Positions 36,456 to 47,274 of a DNA stretch of 64,000 nt are shown here, piece after piece (the stretch's first letter is position 1; each line of letters begins with the position of its first letter). The stretch is from Haliotis cracherodii (taxonomy: Eukaryota), in the NCBI RefSeq assembly GCF_022045235.1, contig NW_027266297.1:43152001-43216000 (forward strand). The letters run 5' to 3'. The position numbers and the translations under genes are program-made. Below the pieces are notes generated by a model, which saw nothing but the letters and a program-made list of their open reading frames with translations, did no database searches and was not told the DNA's origin.

Positions 36456-38103
36456 CATCCGGTTGGTGGTGGAGGGCCGTCACCTTCCTGTGGTACTTGT
36501 CTGCGTGGGCAAGATTCACCTTCTGAAGGGGGAGGACATCCGGTTGGTGGTGGAGGGCGATCACCTTCCTGTGGTACTTGTCTGCGGGGGCAGGATTCAC
36601 CTTCAGGAGGGGGTAGACATCCGGTTGGTGGCGGTCACCTTCGTGTTGTGCTTGTCTGCGGTTTTCACCTTCGGGAGCTGGAGGATATCCGGTTGGTGGT
36701 AAAAGGTGGTCACCTTCCTGTGGTACTTGTCTGTGTGGGCAGGATTCACCTTCGGGAGGTGGAGGACATCCGGTTGGTGGTGGAGGGCCGTCACATAACT
36801 GTTGTGTTTGTCTTCGTGGACGGAATTCACCTTCTGGAGGGAGAGGACATCCGGTTGGGGGTGGAGGGACGTCACCTTCCTGTGGTGTTTGTCCTCGTGG
36901 ACGGGATTCGCCTTCTGGAGGGGGAGGACATCCGGTTGGTGTTGGAGGGCGGTCACCTTCCTGTTGTATTTGTCCACGTGGGCGGGATTCACCTTCGGGA
37001 GGGGGTGGACATCCGGTTGGTCCCGGTCATCTTCGTGTTGTGCTTGTCTGCGTGAGCGGGATTCACTTTCTGGAGGGGGAGGACATCCGGTTGGTGTTGG
37101 AGGGCAGTCACCTTCCTGTTGTACTTCTCTGTGTGGGCAGGATTCACCTTCTTGAGGAGGACATCCGGTTGAGGTCGGAGGGCCGTCACCTTCCTGTGGT
37201 GCTAAGTACATACAAACCAACAGCATAGCGACATGTGAATAGCATAACTTTTGAGCTTGGAACTCTGGCTTACTCGCTTATTCTGCTAACTACGTAATGT
37301 CTCGCATGAATTAGTGATATTGCACGAGTTCGCTGTTAGCGGTATTAGTTTGTTGTTGTAGGCCGACATATTCCAGCTATATGGCGGTGGTCTGTACATA
37401 TTCGAGTCTGGATCAGGCAATCCAGTGATTGATATTACTAGCAAAGTCCCCCGCCATCAGAGCACGGTGACATATAATCAAACAAGTCACCGAACATGAC
37501 CATCCGATCCAATTTAATCGACTCTTACGAGTAGCAATACAATTCTTAGCACATGTCACGGAGTTTGATGTGGGAGGAAAGCTGGAAATGGTGCAGATCT
37601 TAGACGTTTATTATTTTCGTGATTCCTCGAAAACACCGATAGTCCTGACATCTATAATCATTATTCATTCACCTTCGGGAGGTGGAGGACATCCGGTTGG
37701 TGGTGGAGGGCCGTCACATATTGTTATGTTTGTCCTCGTGGACGGGATTCACCTTCTGGAGGGGGGGGGGGGGGGGGGGTGAGGGCACATCCGGTTGTGG
37801 GTGGAGGGACCTCACTTGCCTGTGGTGCTTGTCCTTTTACTGTCACCTTCCTGTTGTATTTGTCTGCGTGGGCAGGATTCACCTTCTGAGGGGGATACAT
37901 CGGGTTGGGGGTGGAGGGCCGTCACCTTCCTGTGGTGCTTCGCCGTGGACGGGATTCACCTTCACGAGGGGGAGGACATCCGGTTGAAGGGGGAGGGCCG
38001 TCACCTGACTGTGGTTCTTGTCTGCGTGGGCGTACTTCTAGAAGAGGATAAGACCAACATGTGGCAGCACAAGAGAGCGCCAGAGCGCCAGGAAAGTCTT
38101 CAT
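36456..38103 (-). pseudogene. Gene D: pseudogene of the gene-A subtype
   Basis: ATG AAG ACT TTC CTG at 38103 with a 1-nt frameshift in the signal peptide, propeptide WSYPLLEVRPRR as in A, degenerate frameshifted units, an interruption at ~37205-37665 and truncation at 36456. TATA at 38141-38146. Confidence 0.85.
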
Positions 38104-39811
38104 GATGAGAATGAGGCTGCTGTCTCGGCACATCATATCTTTTATACACTTCCAGTCCAAACCAGATGGCTCATCGTTAACGCACATTATTTGCTACGGA
38201 GCATGCCTGTTTCGTTGCATTGCCATTGAAATAGATTTCGTGATTAATAATGTGACTCACTTTAAATTGAAAATACAGAGTGTTGATTTATGTCTTATTT
38301 GGTCCTTTTAGAGAACAAATAGCGAAAGAGGCCATGTGTTCTGCGAATTACTGCATTCAACCTTTTAATTGAAAAGATAATATTGCCTTTCAAAGTACAA
38401 ACACTAATTAAAACGCCATATGTGCCTCTTTGAAAGGGGACCAAATTGTACGCAGTATCCATTTCAAAGTAATTGCTCAAGGTAGCTGGCGTTAGGTGTT
38501 GTACAGCCTTTGGACATAGTTTCATCACAGGAGTAGAATTCTTCTGTACAAATTGTCAGACTTCCCCAATGATGCAGTGACAGCTAGAACTTGTCATACT
38601 ATTGGAAATAAGCTGGTTTAGCAGAGGTACCGCTGTACACGACCAACCCACACAACAACACAAGACCTGAGTGAATCAACAGTCAGTTTATAAGACAGTC
38701 ACAGAATCTTATATATAATCAGTCAAATAGAAATGTTTACAATCAATATTTAGAGCATGTTTTTTGACAATCCGTTATAGAAGTACATATATGTTAAGAA
38801 CACCAGGTGAACATGATATAGAATCATTACACAAGATACATGCTACATTAGTAGTACATATTCCAAGGTACACAACGTACCACAGTTTACATGTGATTGA
38901 ATCTGGTGTACCCGATATACTCTAAGTAATGTATTACCCGAGTGGGCTTTCAATCACGATACATACAGTTCAGCTACAATACATATTCCAAAAGGTAAAC
39001 AGCGTAATACAGTTAACAGAATAGGCATAATCCTTACACAAAAGTAGTACAATGGGAATATCTAAGATATACACACACGTTACAGTTACCAATTACACTT
39101 GCAGGTAGTGCCAAGGGTAATAGCATACACTTAAGATTTAACATAGTACAACATTGCAACGTTTCTTACCTGTGTGAATAAAGAGTTAGTTTATTAGACA
39201 GCAACAGAACGATTTGTGACTGTCTGTCGTCCGTATTCATACCTATTCTAGATACTACAGATAATCTCTTTTACTGATTAAACTGACGTTGTTATTGGGA
39301 ATTTTAGTGGCGATATCTAGACAGAATTATATAATTAAGTTCGACCGAGGCATTAATGGTAAAGGTGTTTATGATTGAAGTTTAGTCAGAATAACTGTTT
39401 ACCTGTTGCTAGTATGCCACGAATGTACACGTGGTACGGGTGATTTGATAAGGGTGGATGATAAACAACTGTAGACACAGATAAAGATATTAATGTCTTA
39501 CATTTGTTTGCCTAACTCTGTCTGACCCATGAGAGATGCTGGTCCTGTCCGACATGGGTTATCGGGTTGACCCTTGGCAGTCTAAAGATGATGGAACGTG
39601 ATCGTTTGTTGTAATATTACCTTATTTCACAATTTCCAACTCTTAATGTGTGGCATTTAGAGTGATAAAATATTTGTCAAACTTTGTCCATTTCCCCAAG
39701 TTAATAATACAATGGCGAACGCGTGCATGAGATTAACAGAATGTACATCGCCTCTGAAAAAACATTGGGCCTCATATAATTTATTGATTTAAGAAGAATT
39801 TATAAACTGAT

Positions 39812-41905
39812 CCTAGGCTGTGCAGTAATTTCTTACAACGACAATGTGCAGACACACTGCTGATATTAGCCATTGTCATAGGCTGTGCAGTAATTTCTTA
39901 CAACGACAATGTGCCGACACACTGCTGATATAAAAGCGACTGTCCTAGGCTGTGCAGTAATTTCTTACAACGACAATGTGTCGACACACTGCTGATATAA
40001 GCCATTGTCATAGGCTGTGCATAATTTCTTACAACGACAATGTGCCGACACAATGATGATATAGGCCACTGTCCTAGGCTGTGCAGTAATTTCTTACAAC
40101 AACGATGTGCAGACACACTGATGATATAAGCCATTGTCATAGGCTGTGCAGTAATTCTTACAACGACAATGTGCAGAAACACTGCTGATATAAGCCATTG
40201 TCATAGGCTGTGCAGTATTTTCTTACAACGACAATGTGCCGACACACTGCTGATATAAGCCACTGTCATAGGCTGTGCAGTAATTTCTTACAACGACAAT
40301 GTGCCGACACACTGCTGATATAAGCCATTGTCACAGGCTGTGCAGTATTTTCTTACAACGACAATGTGCAGACACACTGCTGATATAAGCCACTGTCATA
40401 GGTTGTGCAGTAATTTCTTACAACGACAATGTGTCGACACACTGCTGATATAAGCCACTATAACAGGCTGTGCAGTAATTTCTTACAATGACAATGTGCC
40501 GACACACTGCTGATATAAGCCATTGTCATAGGCTGTGCAGTAATTCTTACAACGACAATGTGCAGAAACACTGCTGATATAAGCCACTGTCATAGGCTGT
40601 GCAGTATTTTCTTACAACGACAATGTGCCGACACATTGCTGATATAAGCCACTGTCATAGGTTGTGCAGTAATTTCTTACAACGACAATGTGCCGACACA
40701 CTGCTGATATAAGCCATTGTCACAGGCTGTGCAGTATTTTCTTACAACGACAATGTGCAGACACACTGCTGATATAAGCCACTGTCATAGGTTGTGCAGT
40801 AATTTCTTACAACGACAATGTGTCGACACACTGCTGATATAAGCCACTATAACAGGCTGTGCAGTAATTTCTTACAATGACAATGTGCAGACACACTGCT
40901 GATATAAGCCACTGTCATAGGCTGTGCAGTATTTTCTTACAATGACAATGTGCAGACACACTGTTGATATAAGCCATTGTCATAGACTGTGCAGTAATTT
41001 CTTACAACGACAATGTGCCGACACACTGCTGATATAAGCCACTGTCCTAGGCTGTGCAGTAATTTCTTACAATGACAATGTGTCGACACACTGCTGATAT
41101 AAGCCATTGTCATAGGCTGTGCAGTATTTTCTTACAACGACAATGTGCCGACACACTGCTGATATAAGCCATTGTCATAGGTTTGCAGTATTTTCTTACA
41201 ACGACAATGTGCCGACACACTGCTGATATAAGCCATTGTCATAGGCTGTGCAGTAATTTCTTACAACGACAATGTGCAGACACATTGCTGATATAAGCCA
41301 CTGTCCTAGGCTGTGCAGTAATTTCTTACAACGACAATGTGCCGACACACTGCTGATATAAGCCACTGTCAAAGGATGTGCAGTATTTTCTTACAACGAC
41401 AATGTGTCGACACACTGCTGATATAAGCGACTGTCATAGAATGTGCAGTATTTTCTTACAACGACAATGTGCAGACACAATGATGATATAAGCCATTGTC
41501 ATAGGCTTTGCAGTAATTTCTTACAACGACAATGTGCCGACACACTGCTGATATAAGCCATTGTCACAGGCTGTGCAGTATTTTCTTACAACGACAATGT
41601 GCAGACACACTGCTGATATAAGCTATTGTCATAGGCTGTGCAGTATTTTCTTACAACGACAATGTGTAGACACACTGCTGATATAAGCCATTGTCACAGG
41701 CTGTGCAGTATTTTCTTACAACGACAATGTGCCGACACACTGCTGATATAAGCCACTGTCATAGGCTGTGCAGTATTTTCTTACAACGACAATGTGCCGA
41801 CACATTGCTGATATAAGCCACCGTCATAGGCTGTGCAGTAATTTCTTACAACAACAATGTGCCCACACACTGCTGATATAAGCCACTGTCAAAGGATGTG
41901 CAGCA
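39812..41905. repeat. 65-bp tandem repeat GGCTGTGCAGTA(A/T)TTTCTTACAACGACAATGTGC(C/A)GACACACTGCTGATATAAGCCA(T/C)TGTCATA, about 32 copies
   Basis: Direct tandem repetition with period 65 (e.g. 40271 and 40336). Confidence 0.95.
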
Positions 41906-42440
41906 ACACACACAATTGAATCCAGCAGGAATCCTGTATCCCGTGCTTGTCGTCAGAGCCGAGTATAGAGGAACAGGTGGCCAGGTTCGGTAACTGATTG
42001 TGTGTCATTGAGACTGATAGCGTGAATTGTTGCTCATTTTATCAGTCATTGGTTTGTCTGGTCCAGGCTTGATTATGTACAGACCGCCGTGGTATAGCCT
42101 GGAACATCGCGGAGTTAAACAACAGTCACTCGCTGATTATTAAGTAACAGCAGCTCCATCAGATGTAATTTGGAATATATTCTCGTCAATTTCTTATCTC
42201 CTTAAGGCGTGTAATAAGCTATGTACACGTCAATTGTGCTGTTCAAATTACATTATCTCTTTCGTTCATTGAGCCTTAAATTGAAGCGTCACGTTTTAAT
42301 CATCGAAACTGTTTCAATGACAATGCAAAGAGTCACGCAACACCGATTGGTAATTACTGCGAGGTAATGATGTGCCATCTGGCTTGGACTTGAAGTGTAT
42401 AAAAGCTGTGCTGTGCCGAGACATGAGTATCACTTTCACC

Positions 42441-44537
42441 ATGAAGACGTTCCTGGTACTGCTGGCGCTCGCCTTTGTTGCCACATGTTGGTCGCAAACA
42501 CCTCAGAGTGAAGGCAAGCGCCCACTATCAACAACGAAACCGTCACCCCCTATAGAAGGTCAATCTGGTCCCGAAAGTCAAAGAGGCGAAGGACCACAAA
42601 GTCAAAGCGGTGAAGGACCCCAAAGAGGTGAAGGATCCCAAAGAGGCGAAGGACCCCAAAGAGGTGAAGGATCCCAAAGAGGTGAAGGATCCCAAAGAGA
42701 CGATGGACCCCAAAGTCAAAGAGGTGAAGGACCCCAAATAGGTGAAGGATCCCAAAGAGGCGAAGGACCCGAAAGTCAAAGAGGTGAAGGACCCCAAAGA
42801 GGTGAAGGATCCCAAAGAGGCGAAGGACCCCAAAGAGGTGAAGGACCCCAAAGAGGCGAAGGACCCCAAAGAGGTGAAGGACCCCAAAGGGGTGAAGGAT
42901 CCCAAAGAGGCGAAGGACCCCAAAGAGGTGAAGGATCCCAAAGAGGCGAAGGACCCCAAAGAGGTGAAGGACCCCAAAGGGGTGAAGGATCCCAAAGAGG
43001 CGAAGGACCCCAAAGTCAAAGAGGTGAAGGACCCCAAAGAAGTGAAGGATCCCAAAGAGGCGAAGGACCCCAAAGTCAAAGAGGTGAAGGACCCCAAAGA
43101 AGTGAAGGATCCCAAAGAGACGATGGACCCCAAAGTCAAATAGGTGAAGGATCCCAAAGAGGCGAAGGACCCCAAAGAGGTGAAGAACCCCAAAGAGGTG
43201 AAGGATCCCAAAGAGACGATGGACCCCAAAGTCAAAGAGGTGAAGGACCCCAAATAGGTGAAGGATCCCAAAGAGGCGAAGGACCCGAAAGTCAAAGAGG
43301 TGAAGGACCCCAAAGAGGTGAAGGATCCCAAAGAGGCGAAGGACCCCAAAGAGGTGAAGGACCCCAAAGGGGTGAAGGATCCCAAAGAGGCGAAGGACCC
43401 CAAAGTCAAAGAGGTGAAGGACCCCAAAGAAGTGAAGGATCCCAAAGAGGCGAAGGACCCCAAAGTCAAAGAGGTGAAGGACCCCAAAGTCAAAGAGGCG
43501 AAGGACCCCAAAGTCAAAGAGGCGAAGGACCCCAAAGTCAAAGAGGTGAGGGACCCCAAAGTCAAAGAGGCGAAGGACCCCAAAGAAGTGAAGGATCCCA
43601 AAGAGGCGAAGGACCCCAAAGTCAAAGAGGTGAAGGACCCCAAAGTCAAAGAGGGGAAGGACCCCAAAGTCAAAGAGGCGAAGGACCTAAAAGTCAAAGA
43701 GGCGAAGGCCCCCAAAGTCAAAGAGGTGAGGGACCCCAAAGTCAAAGAGGTGAGGGACCCCAAAGTCAAAGAGGTGAAGGACCCCAAAGTCAAAGAGGTG
43801 AGGGACCCCAAAGTCAAAGAGGCGAAGGACCCCAAAGTCAAAGAGGGGAAGGACCCCAAAGTCAAAGAGGTGAGGGACCCCAAAGTCAAAGAGGTGAGGG
43901 ACCCCAAAGTCAAAGAGGTGAGGGACCCCAAAGTCAAAGAGGTGAGGGACTTCAAAGTCAAAGAGGCGAAGGACCCCAAAGTCAAAGAGGGGAAGGACCC
44001 CAAAGTCAAAGAGGTGAGGGACCCCAAAGTCAAAGAGGTGAAGGACCCCAAAGTCAAAGAGGTGAAGGACCCCAAAGTCAAAGAGGTGAGGGACTTCAAA
44101 GTCAAAGAGGCGAAGGACCCCAAAGTCAAAGAGGGGAAGGACCCCAAAGTCAAAGAGGTGAGGGACCCCAAAGTCAAAGAGGTGAAGGACCCCAAAGTCA
44201 AAGAGGTGAAGGACCCCAAAGTCAAAGAGGCGAAGGACCCCAAAGTCAAAGAGGGGAAGGACCCCAAAGTCAAAGAGGTGAGGGACTTCAAAGTCAAAGA
44301 GGCGAAGGACCCCAAAGTCAAAGAGGTGAGGGACCCCAAAGTCAAAGAGGTGAGGGACCCCAAAGTCAAAGAGGTGAGGGACCCCAAAGTCAAAGAGGTG
44401 AGGGACTTCAAAGTCAAAGAGGCGAAGGACCCCAAAGTCAAAGAGGGGAAGGACCCCAAAGTCAAAGAGGTGAGGGACCCCAAAGTCAAAGAGGTGAGGG
44501 ACCCCAAAGTCAAAGAGGTGAAGGACCCGAACTTTGA
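42441..44537 (+). CDS. Gene E: secreted Gly/Gln/Glu/Arg/Pro/Ser repeat protein (698 aa) with the family's promoter and signal peptide but a different repeat
   Basis: MKTFLVLLALAFVATCWS, one degenerate ancestral unit (QTPQSEGKRPLSTTKPSPPIEGQSGPE), then ~650 aa of QRGEG(P/S) hexamers and QSQRGEG(P/L) octamers in an unbroken frame. TATA at 42398-42403, AATAAA at 44605-44610 and 44614-44619. Confidence 0.9.
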   Translation: MKTFLVLLALAFVATCWSQTPQSEGKRPLSTTKPSPPIEGQSGPESQRGEGPQSQSGEGPQRGEGSQRGEGPQRGEGSQRGEGSQRDDGPQSQRGEGPQIGEGSQRGEGPESQRGEGPQRGEGSQRGEGPQRGEGPQRGEGPQRGEGPQRGEGSQRGEGPQRGEGSQRGEGPQRGEGPQRGEGSQRGEGPQSQRGEGPQRSEGSQRGEGPQSQRGEGPQRSEGSQRDDGPQSQIGEGSQRGEGPQRGEEPQRGEGSQRDDGPQSQRGEGPQIGEGSQRGEGPESQRGEGPQRGEGSQRGEGPQRGEGPQRGEGSQRGEGPQSQRGEGPQRSEGSQRGEGPQSQRGEGPQSQRGEGPQSQRGEGPQSQRGEGPQSQRGEGPQRSEGSQRGEGPQSQRGEGPQSQRGEGPQSQRGEGPKSQRGEGPQSQRGEGPQSQRGEGPQSQRGEGPQSQRGEGPQSQRGEGPQSQRGEGPQSQRGEGPQSQRGEGPQSQRGEGPQSQRGEGLQSQRGEGPQSQRGEGPQSQRGEGPQSQRGEGPQSQRGEGPQSQRGEGLQSQRGEGPQSQRGEGPQSQRGEGPQSQRGEGPQSQRGEGPQSQRGEGPQSQRGEGPQSQRGEGLQSQRGEGPQSQRGEGPQSQRGEGPQSQRGEGPQSQRGEGLQSQRGEGPQSQRGEGPQSQRGEGPQSQRGEGPQSQRGEGPEL

Positions 44538-44886
44538 ACACTCTTTAAAACGAATTACTGTCGTAACGAAGGTTATCACTTCAGGTGACACTTCTTGTTA
44601 ATGAAATAAAACTAATAAATACTGAACGATTTTGTTATGCATATGTCTTGCACGCGTGGGTTTGCAATAGAAATGCGTGACGCTGTATTACTAAGTGTAT
44701 GAGAAACGACACATCGCGGGTCCCCCCCCCCCCCCCCCCCCCAAGCCGCAATGCCACGATATGAGTGATTCATTGTTCAGAGCTGAGTTAATTCACTCAC
44801 TTAAGGGGCCAATTCTAGCGGTGGGAAGCGACTAAATGGACCGGCTGGCCAGACTCGGTGACTTGATTGATTGGTGTCATCGGACG

Positions 44887-45433
44887 CATCTTCCCGAGGC
44901 AAGAGAGTTGACTGACTTTAAAAGTCCTGTTTCCACCCTTGCCGAACTAGGCTGGAATTCCTGGGCTCGATCGTAGCGCCACCAGTGGCTATTACCAGTT
45001 ATGTCCATTCTATGCCTCTCCCATATGGACCAATCAGATTCCACCTCTCGTATCACATGCATTTGCTTCAAACAATATGGCGGTGCCCAGTCAAGACGAT
45101 CTGATCGACCATCAAGATCTTTTTTTTTGATAAACGGTTCTTACTTCGCGAAATACATCAAATCACGTGAGCATCTTGATTAAAAACATGAAAAGATTTG
45201 GAAAATATCTGTTGACAACGAGTTGGCGATGCACATGCTTTGCAAATCCTGCAATCGACCGAACTCTGTATGACAGTTTACGAACCAGATTTTTATTTCG
45301 GTTCGCGAATTTGATTGGACTATGCATAGAATCGTTAGTCCAGCCAAAATCTAACTCCATAATCCCAGCCTAGTTCGGCAAGGGTGGAAACTGGACTTTT
45401 ATAGTCAGTTAACACACTTGCCTCGGGAAGATG
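44887..45433. mobile_element. MITE with a 9-bp TSD (Mutator/MULE-like) nested in a SINE; related fragments at ~58255-58310 and ~60026-60090
   Basis: TIRs CATCTTCCCGAGGCAAG... and ...CTTGCCTCGGGAAGATG extend about 70 bp. TSD CATCGGACG at 44878-44886 and 45434-45442. Confidence 0.85.
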
Positions 45434-46139
45434 CATCGGACGTCGACGGCGTCGTTGCTCGTAATATCAATCACCCGATTGTCCGGTCAAGACTCGAACA
45501 TTTAGATGCAGCCATCGTATTGATGGAGTGCTGCTGAGTGCGGCCTACAACAACAAAATAATACCGTGACAATATCACTACTCTATGCTGCGCGAGGTAT
45601 TATGTCGTTAGCGGAATAAGTCGAGTAAACCAGACCTACAAGTTCAAAAGCTAGGCGACAAAGCATAAACATTTCCCATTGACATGCCGCTATGCTTGAT
45701 GAACGCAGGTGTTAAACGGGTCAAAGCTCAACCCCCGTTTCTGCATTTGTTCTGGCCAGAGTTAATAGGGATTGACCTTGAATATTATTCGAGGGAAGCG
45801 TAAACGTAAAGAAGTTTTTAAAAGCATTCCACAATAGGTCATTTGATTTAGATTTATGACCATTATGCTCAAACGTTTCATAATGGAAAAATTATGTTCA
45901 ACCACAACGCTGAGAATTCCCAACTTTGCGTCTGCCGCATAACAACTTTAAGCCGAAAGGTTAATGTGAATGATTGTCCAGTTGGTTGAAATGGCAGAGA
46001 ATTCTTAGCTGGGTTTGTGAAATATGTCGGATATTCAGCAATCATATACTGGTGAGTGTTGTGTGCAATTCTTGTATTTTCCTACAAACACAAATATTGT
46101 TAGGAGATTTGTCAGCTTGTATGTTTCACAAATGAAGAG

Positions 46140-46389
46140 ACCGCCTCAATGGTCTAGTGGTAGAGCGTCCGCCCGCAGAGCGAAAGGTCGGGGTTCGATC
46201 CCCGATCGCGTCAAACCAAAAGACGTTACAAAATGGTACTTGTTGTTACCCTGTCTGGCGCTCGGTTTTAGGGGCTTAAACAAGGACTGGCCGGCTCGGA
46301 GTCAGTATACTGTGTCTTAGTGGGGTAACTGCGACATGGCATCTCAGTGGGCAAGCACTATAAAATCGGCATTAGTCCGGACAGGTACA

Positions 46390-46425
<36 letters not shown>
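46140..46425 (+). mobile_element. tRNA-derived SINE with a (CA)n tail
   Basis: A box TGGTCTAGTGG and B box GGTTCGATCCC, followed by a non-tRNA body shared with the 12700 and 23125 copies. Confidence 0.8.
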
Positions 46426-46426
<1 letters not shown>

Positions 46427-46992
46427 ATTCTAATATAAGTCCATTAATCTTGGATGCAACGTTAAACCCCATTAGAAGTATGGGCGGACACGCCGTGATA
46501 TAACTGAAATATTGTTCATATTTAGCGGCGTTTACCTCACTCACACACACAGATACCGTCAAATATTATCCGAAACTTGTACTGAAAGGACAAAGTATGA
46601 TAAGATCCGGTTTTTTTTGCACATCTGCAAAATTTACGAAATAATAGCAAAATGTTTTGAAAAGGTTATAAAATATCTCAAATGTGTTCACAAGCATGCC
46701 AAATGGAAAAGTATTTCCGGTTTTTAGCATTTGAACACAAGCAAGTCTTTGGTCGGAACTGATGTTTTTTGGAGACAGGTGTAATAACATAGAGTAGAAT
46801 TGTCACGGATTTTATCTTGAAGTTGGAAAATATGAACCAAACAAGCATTCGAAAGAAAGACAAGTTACATGAACATGTCCTGTATATTGTCAAGAAGGGC
46901 CTGTCACCTTCTGACAAACTGGCTCAACAACACGGTTTCTCTCGACAGGAAAAACTACCCGAACAACAATGGAAATAACCTGTTGAACAACA

Positions 46993-47274
46993 ATGGAAAC
47001 AACCTACACGAGCACAGATAGTCAGCGTCGCATGTGGAAGAGCATACGCAGAGAACATTTTGTCCTCAAGGGAAAGTTGGAGCGGTCACTTCAGGAACTG
47101 GACAAGAAACATGAGTTGGCATCGAGAAGGATGCAGACAAGGATAAACCAGGCCCTTCATCGGGCCCAGAAAGCAGAGAGGGAAAAGAGCCTCCGGGTTA
47201 TGGAACGTTGCAATATTTACCGGAGAGTATATGAACGGTTATTACGTGTCCCTGACAATCTCACTCGGTATTGA
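46993..47274 (+). CDS. Small basic, probably helical/coiled-coil hypothetical protein (93 aa)
   Basis: ACA-ATG-G start, charged heptad-like sequence (LKGKLERSLQELDKKHELASRRMQTRINQAL), more GC-rich than its flanks, and a good splice acceptor TTTCTCTCGACAG ending at 46948. No family recognised. Confidence 0.45.
   Translation: METTYTSTDSQRRMWKSIRREHFVLKGKLERSLQELDKKHELASRRMQTRINQALHRAQKAEREKSLRVMERCNIYRRVYERLLRVPDNLTRY

Noticed and set aside
38590-39502. Possible solo LTR upstream of pseudogene D
   Set aside because: TG...CA ends can be picked, but I found no matching TSD and no second copy in the window.
39812-41905. Possible CRISPR array
   Set aside because: Units are repeated end to end with no unique spacers, there are no cas genes, and the context is eukaryotic.
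46140-46215. Possible tRNA gene (also ~22040 and ~23290-23363)
   Set aside because: A and B boxes are present but run into a shared SINE body and simple-repeat tail, so these are tRNA-derived SINE heads.
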